Of a stretch of 64,000 bases of DNA, positions 23,860-35,559 are shown in pieces. The position numbers were made by a program, and so were the translations under genes. How positions within the stretch are numbered: position 1 is the stretch's first letter; every line of letters begins with the position of its first letter. The DNA is taken from the NCBI RefSeq assembly GCF_006345805.1, contig NC_043002.1, forward strand, positions 106,826,001 through 106,890,000, given 5' to 3'. The stretch comes from Octopus sinensis (lineage: Eukaryota). The notes beneath the pieces were generated by a model. The model saw nothing but the letters and a program-made list of their open reading frames with translations, was not told the origin of the DNA and did not search any database.

Positions 23860-24672
23860 GGCATAAGGAAGAGCATCCGGTCATAGAAACCATGCCAAAG
23901 CTGACAGTAGAGCTTGGTGCAGTTCTCTGGTTTGCCAGATCCTGCCAAACCATCCAACCCATGCCAGCATGGAAAGCAGGTGTTAAGTGATGAGGATGAG
24001 GATACTAAGTGATAACTATGTTATGTTACACAATGTAAGTTATCGTTGTGAGTATGTATCACATATCATCATCATCATCATCATCATCGTTTAGCATGGA
24101 AAACGGACACTAAACGATGATGATGATGATGATGATATGTGATACATACTAAGTGATCAATATACTGTGTTCAACTCTGTAATTCATCAACATATTTTTA
24201 TCCTATCAGTGTTTCCAGTTCTGTGCTGGTGCAACGTAAAAAGCACCATCTAAATGTGGTCGATGCCAGGTCCAACTGACTGGCTCCCATGCCGGTGGCA
24301 GGTAAAAAGTACCAACCGAATGTGGACGATGCCAGCACCCATTGACTGACTCTTGTGCCGGTGGCACATAAAAAGCACCATCCAAACGTGGCTGATGCCA
24401 GTAACCCCTGACTGGCCCCCATGCCAGTGGTACGTAAAAAGCTCTATCCAAACGTGATCGATGCCAGGTCCGCCTGACTGGCTCCTGTGCTGGTGGCACA
24501 TAAAAAGCACCTGCTACACTCTCGGAGTGGCTAGCATTAGGAAGGGCATCCAGCTGTAGAAACACTGCCAGATCAGATTGGAGCCTGGTGCAGCCGCTGG
24601 CTCTCCAGACCTGTCAAACTGCCCAACCCATGCCAGCATGGAAAGCGGACGTTAAACGATGATGATGACGAT
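23860..24672 (+). mobile_element. Two RTE 3'-UTR/(GAT)n fragments flanking a small palindrome
   Basis: Tail fragments at about 23860-24003 and 24200-24672; inverted repeat at 24051-24150. Confidence 0.8.
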
Positions 24673-24914
24673 TTAAATAAATAAAAGTCATTAATGCGTT
24701 CCATGATACACATTATAAGCAAAAAAAGAGAAAGAGAGATCGAATTGACTAAAAATTATAACAATATGAAAGAAAAAATACGAGGAGTCAATTTGTTCGA
24801 CTAAAACTTTTCAAGGTGGTGCTCAAACATGGCCACAGTCTAATGATTGAAACAATTAAAAGATATTGTTTTAAAGACTCTAGATTAACATTCTTTAAAA
24901 AAAATATACATAAC

Positions 24915-25310
24915 AAGAGTTATGTGTGGTAAGTAGCTTGCTTACCAACCACAATGGATCTGGGTTCAGTCCCACTGCGTGACACCTGGGGCAAGTGTCG
25001 TCTACTATAGCCTCGGGCCGACCAAAGCCTTGTGAGTGGATTTGGTAGACGGAAACTGAAAGCAGGCCGTCGTATATATGTATATATATATATATATGTG
25101 TGTGTGTGTCTGTGTTTGTCTCCCCAACATCGCTTGACAACCGATGCTGGTGTGTTTATGTCCCCGTAACATAGCGGTTCGGCAAAAGAGACCGATAGAA
25201 TAAGTATTAGGCTTATAAAGAATAAAGTCCTGGAGTCGATTTGTTCGACTAAAGGCGGTGCTCCACCATGGCCGCAGTCAAATGACTGAAACAAGTAAAA
25301 GAGTAACGTA
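24915..25310 (+). mobile_element. SINE A
   Basis: Family A body and AGTAAAAGAG tail. Confidence 0.88.
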
Positions 25311-25396
25311 AATCTTTAAAAAAAATAAGGAAAAAAGATAAAACTTGACACTTACAGAAATGCAGAACATCCCCCACCCCCACTTTCATTCATTTA

Positions 25397-25770
25397 CTAG
25401 CAGTATCGCCCGGCGTTGCTCGGGTTTGTAAGGGAAATAACTATATAAGCATTTTTAGAGAGTTATAGCCAAAAACTTGCAAAAAAATGATGGTAATTTT
25501 TTTTTTAAATCGTTGACTCATCGTAGACATTTTTAGAGAGTTACTTCCCTTATATAATAGCGAAAAAATGCATTAAAATGGAAAAAATAATGGTAAATTT
25601 TTTTTTAAATCGTAGACTCATCGTAGATGCGCGCTAATACCCAGAAGGGCTCGATATGAATCACGACTATAAGATACCCGGTTTTGGTTAAACTGCACCG
25701 CAAAATGTGGGAGTAGTTAGAATCTAAATCGTAGGAGACAGACACACAACCTTACTTTTATATATAAAGA
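25397..25770 (-). mobile_element. Short non-autonomous Helitron
   Basis: A|TC...hairpin-CTAG|T on the minus strand; internal duplication of a TTTTTAGAGAGTTA block; 374 bp. Confidence 0.87.
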
Positions 25771-25894
25771 TTTCTGTGGATTCTTAACCTACGATGTTTA
25801 AAACAAACATCAGAAGAAATTACGGTTTTACGTACACTAAATGGTAAAATAACTTCTGATTCTCTTCTTTGGGGACACCATAAAATGCATAATA

Positions 25895-26281
25895 CTCTTT
25901 TACTTGTTTCAGTCATTTGACTGCGGCCATGCTGGAGCACCACCTTTAATCGAGCAACTGGACCCCGGAACTTATTCTTTTGTAAGTCCAGTACTTATTC
26001 TATCGGTCTCTTTTGCCGAACCGCTAAGTAACAGGGATGTAAACACACCAGCATCGGTTGTCAAGCAATGCTAGGGGGACAAACACAGACACACAAACAC
26101 ATACATATATATATATATACATATATACGACAGGCTTCTTTCAGTTTCCGTCTACCAAATCCACTCACAAGGCATTGGTTGGCCCGGGGCTATAGCAGAA
26201 GACACTTGCCCAAGATGCCACGCAATGGGACTGAACCCGGAACCATGTGGTTGGTTAGCAAACTACTTACCACACAGCCAC
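25895..26281 (-). mobile_element. SINE A, young subfamily
   Basis: Diagnostic GGCATTGG..CCCGGGGCTATAGCAGAAGACACTTGCCCAAGATGCC shared with 43589, 45951, 50950 and 51985. Confidence 0.88.
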
Positions 26282-26947
26282 TATATATATATATATAGTA
26301 ATGCACCTTGGGCAAGAATCTTCTCCTTCTACCACAATAACTTTGTGTAGATCCAATGTCTACTGAGTAGAAAGAATATTGATAGATGGAAACTGTACGG
26401 AAGCTTACATTTTCTCCCCAGTACATAAACAGTATGTCACGTTGCGTTTTTTTTTTTATATATATCACATACGTAACTTAGCTATTCATAAAAAAATAAC
26501 AGATTGGAATAAATATTAGGGATCGATTTTCAAGGACCTTATTCGAGATGGTGCCCCGCCAAGAAGACAGGTTATTATTTCGAAAAATATTGTGAAATAA
26601 GCAGTCTTATAAAGCTATCATTACCGATAAAGTTATTTTCATGACATATATACACAAAGCATCGTTAAAATACACAAGATAACAACGAAATTATAAGTTT
26701 AAACTGACAACAGTAACTGGAACCAACGAGAGTCTCTTATAAGGTTGCTTGATCTGCTAGAAACAGCAGTTAAATCTCATCCGATCGTCATTATGATAAA
26801 CACTCTATGCAGATAAAGAAAAAAGTATATAAACAAAAAGACAATGATCACAGCTGGAACGATTTCGATTCTATGTCTATCGGATCTCAGCACAAATGGG
26901 ACAAAACAGCTTACAGCACGGATACATTAGATAAAAGTGACCTGACA

Positions 26948-27009
<62 letters not shown>

Positions 27010-27122
27010 TACTTACATACAGTTAAAAAGACTGCTAAGACAGGAACACTTTCGATTCTATGTCTGCTGGATCAGGGCCTACACGGGACTAAACAACACT
27101 TGTATACATTAAACTAAAGTTA

Positions 27123-27230
27123 ACTTACCCCAACATAATAAACACTCTTTTAGCATTTCAATGTCCTCAACACTCCACTTCACCTATTTCTTCACTACAC
27201 CGTGTCCTCATAGGTACGTGGATCATACCT

Positions 27231-27287
<57 letters not shown>

Positions 27288-27420
27288 TATATGCGCAGGG
27301 AGGGAGAGAGAGGTGTGTATATAGATATAAATATATATGTGTGTTGTGTGGGTGTATAAAAGGGTTCTGTCAGCTTCCAAAGTTCTTGAAAGCGGCGTGT
27401 TATGGCTGACCGGAAGTGAA
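27123..27420 (-). promoter_or_regulatory. Putative promoter and non-coding first exon of ZNF-B
   Basis: CCGGAAGTG at 27410-27418; minus-strand donor GGG|GTAAGT with the intron starting at 27128; acceptor at 23141. Not transcript-verified. Confidence 0.35.
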
Positions 27421-27656
27421 GACCAAACTGACCGATAAACACACACACGCACCTCGAAAACAAACAATTTATTTCTTCAAATCGTTTCTCATCAGGATTA
27501 TATCTGCGTAATGTTCAAATATAAATGGTATTCAAAAAGATCCCCGCTGTTTACACTTTCTTCAGTCCGCTTGGACGAAAGATGAGTACCAGTAATATTT
27601 GGTGGGTTAACCCACCAATGGACTGACGTCCCGTTCAGCAGGGGGAGGGAAAATAC

Positions 27657-27879
27657 CTATTTCTTTATTACCCACAAGGGGCTAAACACAGAGGGGACAA
27701 ACAAGGACAGACATAGGTATTAAGTCGATTACATCGACCCCAGTGCGTAACTGGTGCTTAATTTATCGACCCCGAAAGGATGAAAGGCAAAGTCGACCTC
27801 GGCAGAATTTGAACTCACAACGTTACGGCAGCCGAAATACGGCCACGCATTTCGCCCGACGTGCTAACGATTCTGCCAG
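27657..27879 (-). mobile_element. SINE B (tail type 2) with ~15-bp TSD
   Basis: GGGAGGGAAAATACC on both flanks. Confidence 0.85.
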
Positions 27880-28229
27880 AGGGAGGGAAAATACCCCCCG
27901 AAATCGGAATTGGTTCCAGTCAAATTGGCCTGTAGGTCCGAGACAGACTGATATTATATACAAGTGCCACCTATGGAGCCTCTATGTGGTCACACAAATA
28001 GCTAGAAATAGAGCCACGTCTCCCTCAAATCACACCTATTTAAAATAAAGAACCCATATAAAGAGAGGATTGTCACGGCTGCATTACCTTTGATAAACAC
28101 TTTGCTGGGTCAGATTAGAGTCTGAGCTAAACAACAGCAATATATACATCTATACAAGTAAAAAATAATAAAGGAAAACGGGATCGTTGTGTTTGTGTGC
28201 ATGCAATCAAATATATAGACAGACAAGGA

Positions 28230-28462
28230 AGGCGGCGAGCTGGCAGAAGCCTTAGCACGCCGGGCGAAATGCTTACCCGTATTTCGTCTGCCGTTATGTT
28301 CTGAGTTCAAATTCCGCCGAGGTCGACTTTGCCTTTCATCCTTTCGGGGTCGATAAATTAAGTACCAGTTGCGCACTGGGGTCGAGGTAATCGACTTAAT
28401 ACCTTTGTCTGTCCTTGTTTGTCTCCTCTATGTTTAGCCCCTTGTGGGGTAATAAAGAAATA
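28230..28462 (+). mobile_element. SINE B (tail type 2)
   Basis: Full head to tail; GACAGACAAG(G/A)AA flanks both sides. Confidence 0.88.
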
Positions 28463-28617
28463 TATATAGACAGACAAGAAAATCTGGGACTTCTATTCAA
28501 TTCAGCCGGCATTCTTGTAGAATAGCGTCGGACATTAATTACCCAAGAGACAAACCACCTCACCACCCCCGTATTTATTTGCTGTATATATTTTAAGTAT
28601 CATAAAGTTACGATTCT

Positions 28618-29029
28618 GGGATCTTTTCGGTTTGAACGGCAGTTTTTTCTACCGGTGTCATATGAAATTGTCACCCATAATTATGACCCTAGTATCGATC
28701 TATTGCATTTCAATGTGTTTTAGGGTTAGGGGTGGAGGGAAGGGTATCTTTTTTTCTTCACAAATGTATATAAACCCAATCTGTTTCTTAAACGAGGGAC
28801 ATATTCATACGGCACAATGTTTTTTTACCTCAATGGACGTCATTGATTGGTTGAAATTGCAGAAATTGAAAAAAAATATATCTTACAAACTATAGAATTT
28901 TCTCAATAAAGCCAAGAGAAAAATATCCAAGATGTTTTATAAACACATTCTACCAGTATACGAAGTTTTAAATTTTTTTAGTTACCTAGAAATTATGTTA
29001 AAAACTGCCGTTCAAACCGAAAAGATCCC
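28618..29029. mobile_element. MITE with GGGATC termini and 6-bp TSD
   Basis: TIR GGGATCTTTTCGGTTTGAACGGCAGTTTTT; GATTCT at 28612-28617 and 29030-29035. Confidence 0.85.
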
Positions 29030-29179
29030 GATTCTGCGAGAGAAAAAAAGTTGGGCATATTTCTTTTCCCACCACCTTTCCCCTTAAGTGTCCAGTTTTT
29101 ATAATAATAATAATTCATTCTTTTATTGGCCACAAGAGCTACTATAAAGATACATTAAAGAACATAATAATAATAATGA

Positions 29180-29708
29180 TAACAAGAGCACTCAGAGGGC
29201 GCAAACCTCCGCCAAGGCAACACCAACGTCCTCTCAACGATTGGCCAGAGATGATTTTTAAAATGAGAATATCTGAAATAAACTTGGCTGCTCTCACAAC
29301 GAGAATACTAAAAATGAACCCGACCGCTCTCAAAAATTAAGTAAAAAAAAAACAGGAAAAATAATCCAGAATCCTTGTCCGATACCGGATCGATCCCAAA
29401 ATCTAATCAGTTCGTGCCAGTCACGAGGCCAAACATTCCTGAAAGTTTCATCTGAATCCATCCAGTGGTTCTTGAGATATTCTGTCCACGAACAAACAAA
29501 CATGAATGAAACAATACCTATTTCTTTACTACCCATAAGGGGCTAAACACAGAGAGGACAAACAAGGACAGACAAACGGTGCGTAACTGGTACTTATTTA
29601 ATCGACCCCGAAAGGATGAAAGGCAAAAATCGACCTCGGCGGAATTTGAACTCAGAACGTAGCCGCAATGAATGAAAACAATACCTCCGCCTTTTAGCGA
29701 AGGTAAGA
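29180..29708. mobile_element. Helentron/HINE-like non-autonomous element with a SINE B fragment inserted at about 29518-29670
   Basis: AACCTCCGCCAAGG near one end and terminal ACCTCCGCC..GCGAAGGT palindrome; related copy at about 50290-50502 ending ACCTCTGCC..GGCGGAGGT; ATGAATGAAA(A)CAATACCT duplicated around the SINE. Superfamily is inferred. Confidence 0.55.
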
Positions 29709-30617
29709 CGGAGGTCTTTTTGCTTTTTTTGGGGGGGGGGTAGAAAATTACGTTCATTTTTGAAGATTCATACTTCTCAGATTTATGAAATAATAGATTT
29801 AAAATAATATTTTTAGAAAAATCTGAAACAACTATTTATTGCCGGACCAATATTTAACGCAGACACATCCGAAGAAATTACACATTTTGATGCACTCAAT
29901 AATTTCCAACACTCTTTTGCAAGAATTTACCAATTCAGCCTGGTTCAATAAATTACACACCTCTTAACTGTAGTTTAAATTAGCAATAAATATCAGTCAA
30001 TGTCACTAACTCGTGCCTTAAAATTAACACAGCAGTAAAGGTAGTCACTCGGTAATTCCCTTTCTGACCCTCTATTTTCTTTTTCTTTCTTTTCTTTTTT
30101 TCAATATTTAAAGATGTGTCCTAAAGTGAGGTTAGAGAGAACTGGCCAGTGAGATACTTCGGGACCATCAGTTCAACAGAAATAAATAATAACATTGGGG
30201 GAGGGGGTGAAATTTAAAAAACTTTTTTTTTCTGTTTCGCATATTCGTAATCTCTGACATCTAAAACGTAGGACACCGAAAAAAAAATGCTTTTTTTTTT
30301 CAAGGAGAGGTGCGAAACTGCATCAGCCCAATTGTTCTGAAAGTTTTGAAGGGATACTGTAAATGGGGTACGTTTGTGTAATTATACCTCACTTAGATTG
30401 CACCTTATAACATTAATGTAGTAACACAGTGACCCTTGGAGTCTGAATGTGAGTGAGGACACAATTTATGACCAACTTATATTATTATAGGATCACCACA
30501 GAATTATTATAAGGAAATTTACCATCTTTTGTGTCTGTGCAGCGCTCACCTATGATATGTATATATATACTTTACGCATGAATATATGTGTATATATATT
30601 CATTGTTCAGTCTGAAT

Positions 30618-30630
30618 CCGGAAGTGACGT
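30618..30630 (+). promoter_or_regulatory. Composite ETS/CRE-like motif upstream of SAC3D1
   Basis: CCGGAAGTGACGT ending 37 bp before the ATG. Confidence 0.55.
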
Positions 30631-30667
30631 AGCAGATCGTCAATAGAAAACATCCTATGGTGTAAAA

Positions 30668-31726
30668 ATGGGGAGTGAGGTGCGTGATTATATCGTTGGA
30701 ACTTGTCTTACAATGTGTCCCCATAAGGAAATAATATTTAGAGAGAAAGAAAGATTGTTACATCGATTTGAAACTAAGAGAGACCGTGATATTAATGGTG
30801 GGATATTACGCGCTGAACGTTCGAAGATGGTGAAGGAGTATTCCAGAGCCGCTGCCGGGAAAGCCGAACACAAACCTTGCCAACTCAGACCGGCGCCAGT
30901 TTTACAGAAAACCGTAAAATATTTACTGAGCAGCCTAATTGAAACTGAGCTGAAGATTGGTTCTTGCTGGCTTGATATTTACGAATATGTGTTCGATCGT
31001 TTGCGTGCTGTCCGTCAGGATATGATTATACAAAACATCATCGGATCTCCGGCCATTGACATTTTGGAGAAAATGGTCCGCTTCTTTGTTTACTCAGCTT
31101 ATCGTCTGTGCGATGAGAAAGCCGGACAAAAGTTCGATCCTGTCATCAATAATACCCATTTACTGGAATGCTTCAAAAGATTGCTGTCCTTATACGAAGA
31201 AGGAACACTCGAAATTTGCTGTAATCGTGTTGAATTCGAAAGTCTCTATCAAATCATCAACCTCGGACATTCAGAAGCGTTGAACCATTATTATGAACTC
31301 GATTCAGAAATTAGGAATAAGGTGCCTTTAAAAATTGCTTATCAAACGAGTATTGCTTATCATTTGAACAATTATATTCGTGTGTTACGTCAGTTTCAGA
31401 GTTTTAGCGATGTGATATCTCGGTGTGCTCTGCACCAACATTTCCTTCCTGTCAGGAAACAAGCACTTATTACCATGTCTGTGGCATACAGCAGTAAACA
31501 ATGTAGGTATCCTATCTATAAACTGACTCGAATATTAAACATCGACAACGATGACTTAACGAAATCTCTCTGTCGACTTCATTCTGTTGATATTCAAGAC
31601 GATATGGTTGTTTTCAAGAAGGGAAACTATAAATGCCCCGAGCAGAAAACCCTACCAATGCGATGTACGTCGTTAGATAAACTAGATGAGAATCTAATCT
31701 CATCGATTTTGATAGGAGAATCTTGA
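30668..31726 (+). CDS. SAC3D1: SAC3 domain-containing protein 1 (SAC3/GANP family), single coding exon, 352 aa
   Basis: GTCLTMCP..E...RE...LHRFE, VKEYSRAAAG, LRPAPVLQKTVKYLL, YVFDRLRAVRQD; length fits SAC3D1 rather than GANP or LENG8. Confidence 0.9.
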   Translation: MGSEVRDYIVGTCLTMCPHKEIIFREKERLLHRFETKRDRDINGGILRAERSKMVKEYSRAAAGKAEHKPCQLRPAPVLQKTVKYLLSSLIETELKIGSCWLDIYEYVFDRLRAVRQDMIIQNIIGSPAIDILEKMVRFFVYSAYRLCDEKAGQKFDPVINNTHLLECFKRLLSLYEEGTLEICCNRVEFESLYQIINLGHSEALNHYYELDSEIRNKVPLKIAYQTSIAYHLNNYIRVLRQFQSFSDVISRCALHQHFLPVRKQALITMSVAYSSKQCRYPIYKLTRILNIDNDDLTKSLCRLHSVDIQDDMVVFKKGNYKCPEQKTLPMRCTSLDKLDENLISSILIGES

Positions 31727-32299
31727 ATCTCTTACAGGAATTGAAGATAAATACTTTGTTTTTTTTTTAATTATATTTTGAAGGGAAGTTTTAATATTGT
31801 ATATTTTTAAAAAATACATTTTCTAAGATAAAAATTTACCATATTCAACATTGTTTCATAAATTTGAATATTATGTACGTGTGCGTGTTTGCTGTGAACA
31901 TTCTTTGTGCCTTTGTTGTTTTTATGTTTTGTTATTTCTCTTTCTTCTCGACATACAATGTATTTCCCCGTTTGCATTACTGCTATCATTATTCTTTCGC
32001 AACACAGCGGAACATCATTAGTTTTCTCGAACTCTACGTATTACTATATAAATATGCATACACATATCCATACACATTTAGTCTCACCGTGAAATGAAGC
32101 CCACATGGATCGTCCCAGCTGCTGGAACGGACCAGTTTTATTGTTATCTGGCATTTGACCGGGATCTGCTCACTTTCACTTCCCAAAGTACCCAACTTCT
32201 TACTCTAAGAGTTCTCTCCCCTACTCTCATCACAAATTACTTTTCCACATCACATTCTTTCAACATGTTTTCTTGTTGGTATAAATAGTACGTGAATTA

Positions 32300-32735
32300 A
32301 TTTAGCCACAAACTACATACACAATCCTTGTCCACCAATATTATCAAAATGATATCGGTATATGTTTACAATTCACCCAAAACTAGGCCCCACCCCGTGC
32401 AATGCGTCCCCTACAAAGGTCGAGATTACATCACATAAGAACATTGTGACACAATTTTTTCACTGCAAATGGTCCTGCACTTTTCGATGTTATCCCGAAA
32501 GAAATTAAAGTAGAAAAAGACCCCACAACTTCCAAACGGTACCTGGATAAATTCCTCCCAGAAATACCCGATAAACCACCTATACCTGGATACGTCTCAA
32601 CCAACAACAACTCTCTGCTCGAGTGGTCCATGGTATCCCGAAATAATTAACTAAAAGACTTTTCCAGGTGGTGCTGTAGAGTTAGTCATGACCTGGGCCG
32701 ATAATGGACGAAACCAATCTAAGTTATCTATACCG
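32300..32735 (+). mobile_element. CR1-group LINE 3' fragment
   Basis: HNFFTANGPALFDVIPKEIK...KRYLDKFLPEIPDKPPIPGYVSTNNNSLLEW* read on the + strand. Confidence 0.65.
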
Positions 32736-32744
32736 AATGAATAT

Positions 32745-33110
32745 AGGTGCAGGAGTGGCTGTGTAGTAAGTAGCTTGCTTACCAACCACATGGTTCCAGG
32801 TTCAGTCCCACTGCGTGGCACCTTGGGCAAGTGTCTTCTATTATAGCCTCGGGCCGACCAAGACCTTGTGAGTGGATTAAGTAGACAGAAACTGAAAGAA
32901 GCCCATTGTATATATGTATATTTATGTGTTTGTGTGTCTGTCCCCCCAACATCACTTGACGTCCCCGTAACTTAGCGGTTTGGCAAAAGAGGCTGATAGA
33001 ATAAGTACTAGGCTTACAAAGAATAAGTCCTGGGGTCGATTTGCTCAACTAAAGCCGGTGCTCCAGCATGGCTGCAGTCAAATGACTGAAACAAAAGAAT
33101 AAAAGAATCA
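32745..33110 (+). mobile_element. SINE A
   Basis: Head TAGGTGCAGGAGTGGCTGTG through tail, with an internal deletion. Confidence 0.85.
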
Positions 33111-33199
33111 GTGAATTAACTGAGCTGCACACTATTGCAGTGGTGGCAAAATTGTTAAGATATGTATGTATATTTTTAAACTTTCAAGCGCCATAACTC

Positions 33200-34905
33200 A
33201 CACACATCACCCTGCTGGCATGGTTTGGACGGTTTGACAGGAGCCGCACCAGGTTCCATTGTCTCTACAGCTGGATGCTCTAACTAACGCCAGCCACTTT
33301 ACAGAGTGTACCAGCACCAGTGATTTTTTTACGTGGCACCAGTACCAGTGCCCTTCATGGGTTAGCATTATCATCATCATCATTTAGCATCCACTTTCCA
33401 TGCTAGCATGGGTTGGACGGTTCAACTGGGGTCTGCGAAGCCAGAAGGCTGCACCAGGCCCAGTCTGATCTGACAGTGTTTCTACGGCTGGATGCCCTTC
33501 CTAACGCCAACCACTCCGTGAGTGTAGTGGGTGCTTTTTACGTGCCTAGAAAATTCACAGCTACATAATTTTATTCACTAAAATAAATTGATTAATATCT
33601 GTGCATTGAAGGCTGCAATAATTCAAGATCCAGCTGGTGGAATACTAAAGGTGTTTTAGGAAGATTAGCATTTGGAGTCCAATATTATCTTAGGTACAGC
33701 ATGCAACTCTTTATCCACAATTTGGTTACCATTATAGTATAGCATCAGGAGAGAATAAATGTATTTCTTTACTGCTCACAAGGGGACAAACAAGAACAGA
33801 CAAAGGGATTAAGTTGATTACATCGACCCCCAGTGCGTAACTGGTACTTTATTTATCGACCCTGAAAGGATGACAGGCAAAGTCGACCTCGGCGAAATTT
33901 GAACTCAGAACTTAACGGGAGACGAAATACGGCTACGCATTTCGCCCTTCTGCCAGCTTGCCAGAGAGAATAAATGGTCCATGAATTAACTCAGTTACAT
34001 ACTATAACATCCTCAGGGGTAGTATGAATGACCACTGAATTTCCATAAAAATCTACATTAATGGTCTCTAACATTACTCTAATCAGTGGTTCTTGTCTAG
34101 GGTCCATATAGCTCTTGGTGGGATCCATATAAGATTTTGTTAAAATTTGTGTGCAATAAATTGGTCATATTTCTACAAAACTAAAAATATTTTAACAATT
34201 TTTTATACAATTCTTAATAATATTTAGTTATAAAAGTATAATAGATTTTTTTTAAAAAAACATTGAATGGCTAAAAGGGTTCATTAGAATAAAACAGGAA
34301 CCAAAGGGGTCCAGCAAAAAAAAAGGTTAATAATCATTGGTCTATATGCTTGAATTTATAAAACAAGACTTGATGTTTCAAAAAGAAACCTTACATGCAG
34401 TTCTTATTCATCATCATCATCATCATCATTATAGTTTAACATCCGTTTTCCATGCTGGCATGGGTTGGGCTGTTTGACTGAGGTCTGGAGAACCAGCAGC
34501 TGCACCAGGCTCCAATCTGATCTGGCAGTGTTTCTACAACTGGATGCCCTTCCTAATGCCAACAACTCCAAGAGTGTAGTGGGTGCTTTTTATGTGCCAC
34601 TGGCACAGGATCCAGTCAGGTGGGCCTGGCATCGATCATGTTCAGATAGTGCTTTTTATGTGCCACGGGCACAGGAGCCAATCAGGGCTTACTGGTATCA
34701 ACCACGTTCAGATGGTGCTATTTGTGTGCCACCGGCACAAGAGCCAGTCAGTGGGTACTGGCTTCAGCCACATTTGGATAGTGCTTTTTATGTGCCACAG
34801 GCACGGGGGAACTGGCATCGACCACATTCAGATGGTGCTTTTTATGTGCTACTGGCACAGGAGCCAGTCAAGTGGACCTGGCTTTTTATGTGCCACCAGC
34901 ACGGG
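33200..34905 (-). mobile_element. RTE tail fragments (about 33200-33545 and 34410-34905) and SINE B (about 33765-33960)
   Basis: (ATC)n-led reverse copies of the RTE 3' UTR; reverse SINE B domain. Confidence 0.78.
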
Positions 34906-35559
34906 GGAGCCAGTTTTATTGTCATCTGGCATTTGGTCAGGTTCTGCTCACTTCTACTTACCAAAGTACCGAACTTCTTACTCTACAATATTGGTTTTAC
35001 TTCACTCAACAGTTCTTCTTAAGTATATCATTTCTCACGACACATCAGAGGTACTCTTAACTGGGCTGGACATGTGTGTCTGCGATCTCACTTTAGTTGC
35101 CAGGTCTTATTGTTATTCTGAAATTTCATTGCATCCACTTCTACCTGCAGCTCTTATTGTTGGTCTTGAACGGCATCATATTCACATATTATTGTAAAAT
35201 GAGATCACAGTAACAGAGTCGGAAATTTGAAAGATAAAGTCGCAATCAATGTGATTCAGTTATAATATTGTCTTCTTAGTTTTAGCCAAGAGAGAGTACA
35301 ATTACTGGTATTAAAAAATTTGGGCTTTGTAAAACCAGATAAAAAGAAAAGGTGAGTGGGAGAGGCATGTAGAACAAAATTATGCAAAACCCTGAAAGGA
35401 AACTTCCCAATGGAATGGAGGGAACCAATCAGTAGTCAATCTAGGAATTCCACTGATCAAAGCCTACGCTAATATTCAAGGGTAAGTGCTCAGTTCCAGC
35501 TATTTTCTCTGAACAGGCTCATGTTGAGAGGAAGGACATTTTTATCTCTTTCACCCACA

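Noticed and set aside
34465-35197. 185-aa and 204-aa ORFs with repeated MLFMCH/AFYVPPAQ motifs
   Set aside because: Antisense frames through RTE 3'-UTR subrepeats; no coding evidence.
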